Virus record (IMG/VR): IMGVR_UViG_3300045744_000007 | Span: 64,001-97,278 of that record | Reading direction: 5' to 3' (one strand) | Source: a virus | Taxonomy: Duplodnaviria; Heunggongvirae; Uroviricota; Caudoviricetes | Length of the DNA stretch: 33,278 nt | Position numbers and translations under genes: made by a program | Notes under the pieces: generated by a model | Database searches by the model: none | Seen by the model: only the letters and a program-made list of their open reading frames with translations | What the model was told of the DNA's origin: nothing | Shown: piece by piece, positions 31,678 to 33,278 of the stretch | How the letters are laid out: each line of letters starts with the position of its first letter | How positions within the stretch are numbered: the first letter of the stretch is position 1

Positions 31678-31900
31678 GCACACCGCGCATGAGCTGCGCT
31701 GCCCAGTGGGCCCACAGAGGCTCTTCGCCATCTACCGGTCGAGTGGGGAGCGACCGGTGGTCACAGACGAAAACCTCATCGAATTTGCGTGTGCAGACTG
31801 CCGACGCTCGCTCAGGTCGGAAGGTCAGTCGATCGCTTGGGTCTATCACCGGTTCAACCTGGTAGGTGAGCTGGTCGAGTCAGAGGTTGTGCCAGCATAG
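31664..31900 (+). CDS. Small Cys-containing protein (78 aa), possible Zn-ribbon
   Basis: ELRCP...IEFACADC; overlaps the GT stop. Confidence 0.6.
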   Translation: MPNSEHTAHELRCPVGPQRLFAIYRSSGERPVVTDENLIEFACADCRRSLRSEGQSIAWVYHRFNLVGELVESEVVPA

Positions 31901-31901
31901 C

Positions 31902-31928
31902 GAAAGGGGCCCCACACGGGGCCCCTCT
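31902..31928. terminator. Bidirectional intrinsic terminator
   Basis: AGGGGCCCC-ACAC-GGGGCCCCT between converging stops at 31900 and 31945. Confidence 0.85.
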
Positions 31929-31944
31929 CAAGCGCTGTAGGTGC

Positions 31945-32241
31945 TCACTCGCGGGGGAGCTTGGGAAGCCTCGCGAACCGGAGCTGGCCCATAGCCAGTG
32001 CTCGCAGTTCGTCCGAAACCTCGAATGCTCCGCTGTTGCCAGCAATGTGGATCGTGTGCTGAGCCCACACCTTGAGCTGAGACTCACTACCCCGGACCAC
32101 GATCCCGTGACCGGTGCGGTGGCAGGGGAGCCCAAGCCCCATTGCCGCCCGGACTCCAGCGGCGGCAACGTTGGGGTCATGCTCGACCGTCTCGAATGTG
32201 CGGATGAGCGGTAGAAGGTCGCGAGGATCGATGATCTTCAT
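31945..32241 (-). CDS. Hypothetical protein (98 aa), single-gene cassette
   Basis: AAAGGGGAG SD; own promoter and terminator. Confidence 0.75.
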   Translation of the reverse strand: MKIIDPRDLLPLIRTFETVEHDPNVAAAGVRAAMGLGLPCHRTGHGIVVRGSESQLKVWAQHTIHIAGNSGAFEVSDELRALAMGQLRFARLPKLPRE

Positions 32242-32274
32242 GGTGCTGCTCCCCTTTCCTGTGCCAACACCTCA

Positions 32275-32303
32275 ATACTGCCTCACTGGTTCACTGCTGT
32301 CAA
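32275..32303 (-). promoter_or_regulatory. Repeated promoter copy, TTGACA-N17-CAGTAT
   Basis: Minus strand TTGACAgcagtgaaccagtgaggCAGTAT. Confidence 0.85.
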
Positions 32304-32337
32304 CCAATACCAGCCCTGAAATTCAGTTCCCGTATAC

Positions 32338-32363
32338 GAGAAAGGGCCCCACACGGGGCCCCT
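32338..32363 (-). terminator. Intrinsic terminator
   Basis: GGGCCCC-ACAC-GGGGCCC with a TTTCTCG tail on the minus strand. Confidence 0.85.
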
Positions 32364-32383
32364 CCTCACCTCTGCTGGTTCCC

Positions 32384-32746
32384 TCACATCTCCGAGATGA
32401 GCTTGACCGGCTGAGGGGGCGTCACCTTGTCGCGGATCGCCGCCAGCCGCTCGCGGCCGTACTGGAGCGCCGTCAGCATCTCGTCGCTCGGCTCCTTGAC
32501 CTCCTGGGCCACCAGCGCCCGGAGGAGCCACGTGACGATGCGGTGGGGACGGGTGTCCTCGGTCGACCCCATGAGCTGACCGGCGGTGCTCAGGAAGTGG
32601 ATCGTCCCGTCCCCGTCCGAGAAGGTCCAGCCCAGGATGCTCGCCCCCCGGTGCCAGGTGTAGCCGTTCACGACCACGCCGTTGTCAGCGGCGATGACCG
32701 GGAAGATCTTGAAGGTGTTCTCCGGGGTGCTGGTCTGCTCGCTCAT
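32384..32746 (-). CDS. Hypothetical protein (120 aa), single-gene cassette
   Basis: AAGGAG SD; start reassigned to ATG 32746. Confidence 0.75.
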   Translation of the reverse strand: MSEQTSTPENTFKIFPVIAADNGVVVNGYTWHRGASILGWTFSDGDGTIHFLSTAGQLMGSTEDTRPHRIVTWLLRALVAQEVKEPSDEMLTALQYGRERLAAIRDKVTPPQPVKLISEM

Positions 32747-32784
32747 CTCACTGTCTCCTTGGTCGGTTCCGGCTTGATGACTCA

Positions 32785-32813
32785 ATACTGCCTCATTAGT
32801 TCACTGCTGTCAA
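32785..32813 (-). promoter_or_regulatory. Repeated promoter copy, TTGACA-N17-CAGTAT
   Basis: Minus strand TTGACAgcagtgaactaatgaggCAGTAT. Confidence 0.85.
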
Positions 32814-32863
32814 CCTCTACCAGCCACGAAATTCAGTTCCCGTAGCCAGCTCAGACAGCAGAC

Positions 32864-32891
32864 GAGAAAGGGCCCCCCGAAAGGGGCCCCT
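32864..32891 (-). terminator. Intrinsic terminator
   Basis: GGGCCCC-N6-GGGGCCC with a TTTCTCG tail on the minus strand. Confidence 0.85.
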
Positions 32892-32912
32892 GCTCACCTC
32901 TGTGGGTGAAGC

Positions 32913-33155
32913 TCACTCGAACACCGACGTCTTGTGCTCCAACGTCGGGAGGATGATGACCGCGTTGAAGGCCGGGTTGAAGTCCCCGTGGGGGTACCGG
33001 ACGCGCACCGTGCCGTCGCCCTCCACCAGCAACGTGCGCCCGTCCTGGAGGGTGATGGTCGTGGTGGCGAACTCGTCTGCGAGGGTGATGGGGTCGGTCG
33101 TCTTGTACGCGTCGCGCTCGATGCTCTTGATCAGCGCCCGGCTGTAGGTGTCCAT
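32913..33155 (-). CDS. Hypothetical protein (80 aa), single-gene cassette
   Basis: AAGGGAG SD; start reassigned to ATG 33155. Confidence 0.75.
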   Translation of the reverse strand: MDTYSRALIKSIERDAYKTTDPITLADEFATTTITLQDGRTLLVEGDGTVRVRYPHGDFNPAFNAVIILPTLEHKTSVFE

Positions 33156-33195
33156 GATCTGTCTCCCTTGAATCGCTCCCCTTGCCAACACCTCA

Positions 33196-33224
33196 ATACT
33201 GCCTCACTAGTTCACTGCTGTCAA
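33196..33224 (-). promoter_or_regulatory. Repeated promoter copy, TTGACA-N17-CAGTAT
   Basis: Minus strand TTGACAgcagtgaactagtgaggCAGTAT. Confidence 0.85.
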
Positions 33225-33278
33225 CCCCTACCCGAGACATCCTCAGAAAGCTCTACAGGCTCCCCGCAGGCCACACCC

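Noticed and set aside
29261-33226. Repeated ~35-bp sequence as a CRISPR array
   Set aside because: Copies are hundreds to thousands of bp apart with whole genes between them, contain -35/-10 boxes, and no cas gene is present.
27826-33230. Integron-like attC cassette array
   Set aside because: Cassettes have their own promoters, the repeats lack the long imperfect RYYYAAC...GTTRRRY palindrome, and no integrase is seen in the window.
1-33278. Assignment to a named phage cluster (gene content is reminiscent of large Bxz1/E3-like actinophages) or to a prophage
   Set aside because: Based on recollection only; no integrase, att site or host gene is in the window, and phylogeny or database comparison is needed.

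Overview
This is a 33.3-kb segment of a GC-rich tailed phage genome. The host is probably a filamentous actinomycete, inferred from a DUF397/BldB-family gene, a Streptomyces-style signal peptide and HrdB/SigA-type TTGACA-N17-TAGxxT promoters. Bases 1-27.8 kb (+ strand) hold a head and neck module. It starts with the large terminase, a Mu gp29/DUF935-like portal with a C-terminal extension, a MuF head protein and a 2029-aa multidomain protein. The Mu-gpI-like protease/scaffold, lambda-gpD-like decoration protein and lambda-gpE-like major capsid follow. An accessory island comes next (endonuclease VII, SLOG protein, secreted protein, DUF397 triplet), then putative fibre proteins and the adaptor, stopper, HK97-gp10-like and tail-terminator genes. 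No tail tube, sheath or tape-measure gene is recognisable in the window. Bases 27.8-33.3 kb hold small, mostly minus-strand genes built as repeated terminator-promoter-gene cassettes, plus a GT-B glycosyltransferase. Four observations stand out. (1) The MuF-adjacent giant protein has repeat modules with atypical codon usage, a HipA/PI3K-like kinase and a C-terminal ART-like domain, followed by two coupled small genes. (2) The head-tail adaptor is fused to a roughly 1300-aa fibre with 20-aa periodicity and two DUF4082 domains. (3) A roughly 100-bp terminator/box/promoter element recurs and separates single-gene cassettes. (4) Three DUF397 N-terminal motifs are stacked in three successive +1 reading frames. 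All family assignments come from motif recognition by eye; no database search was run.
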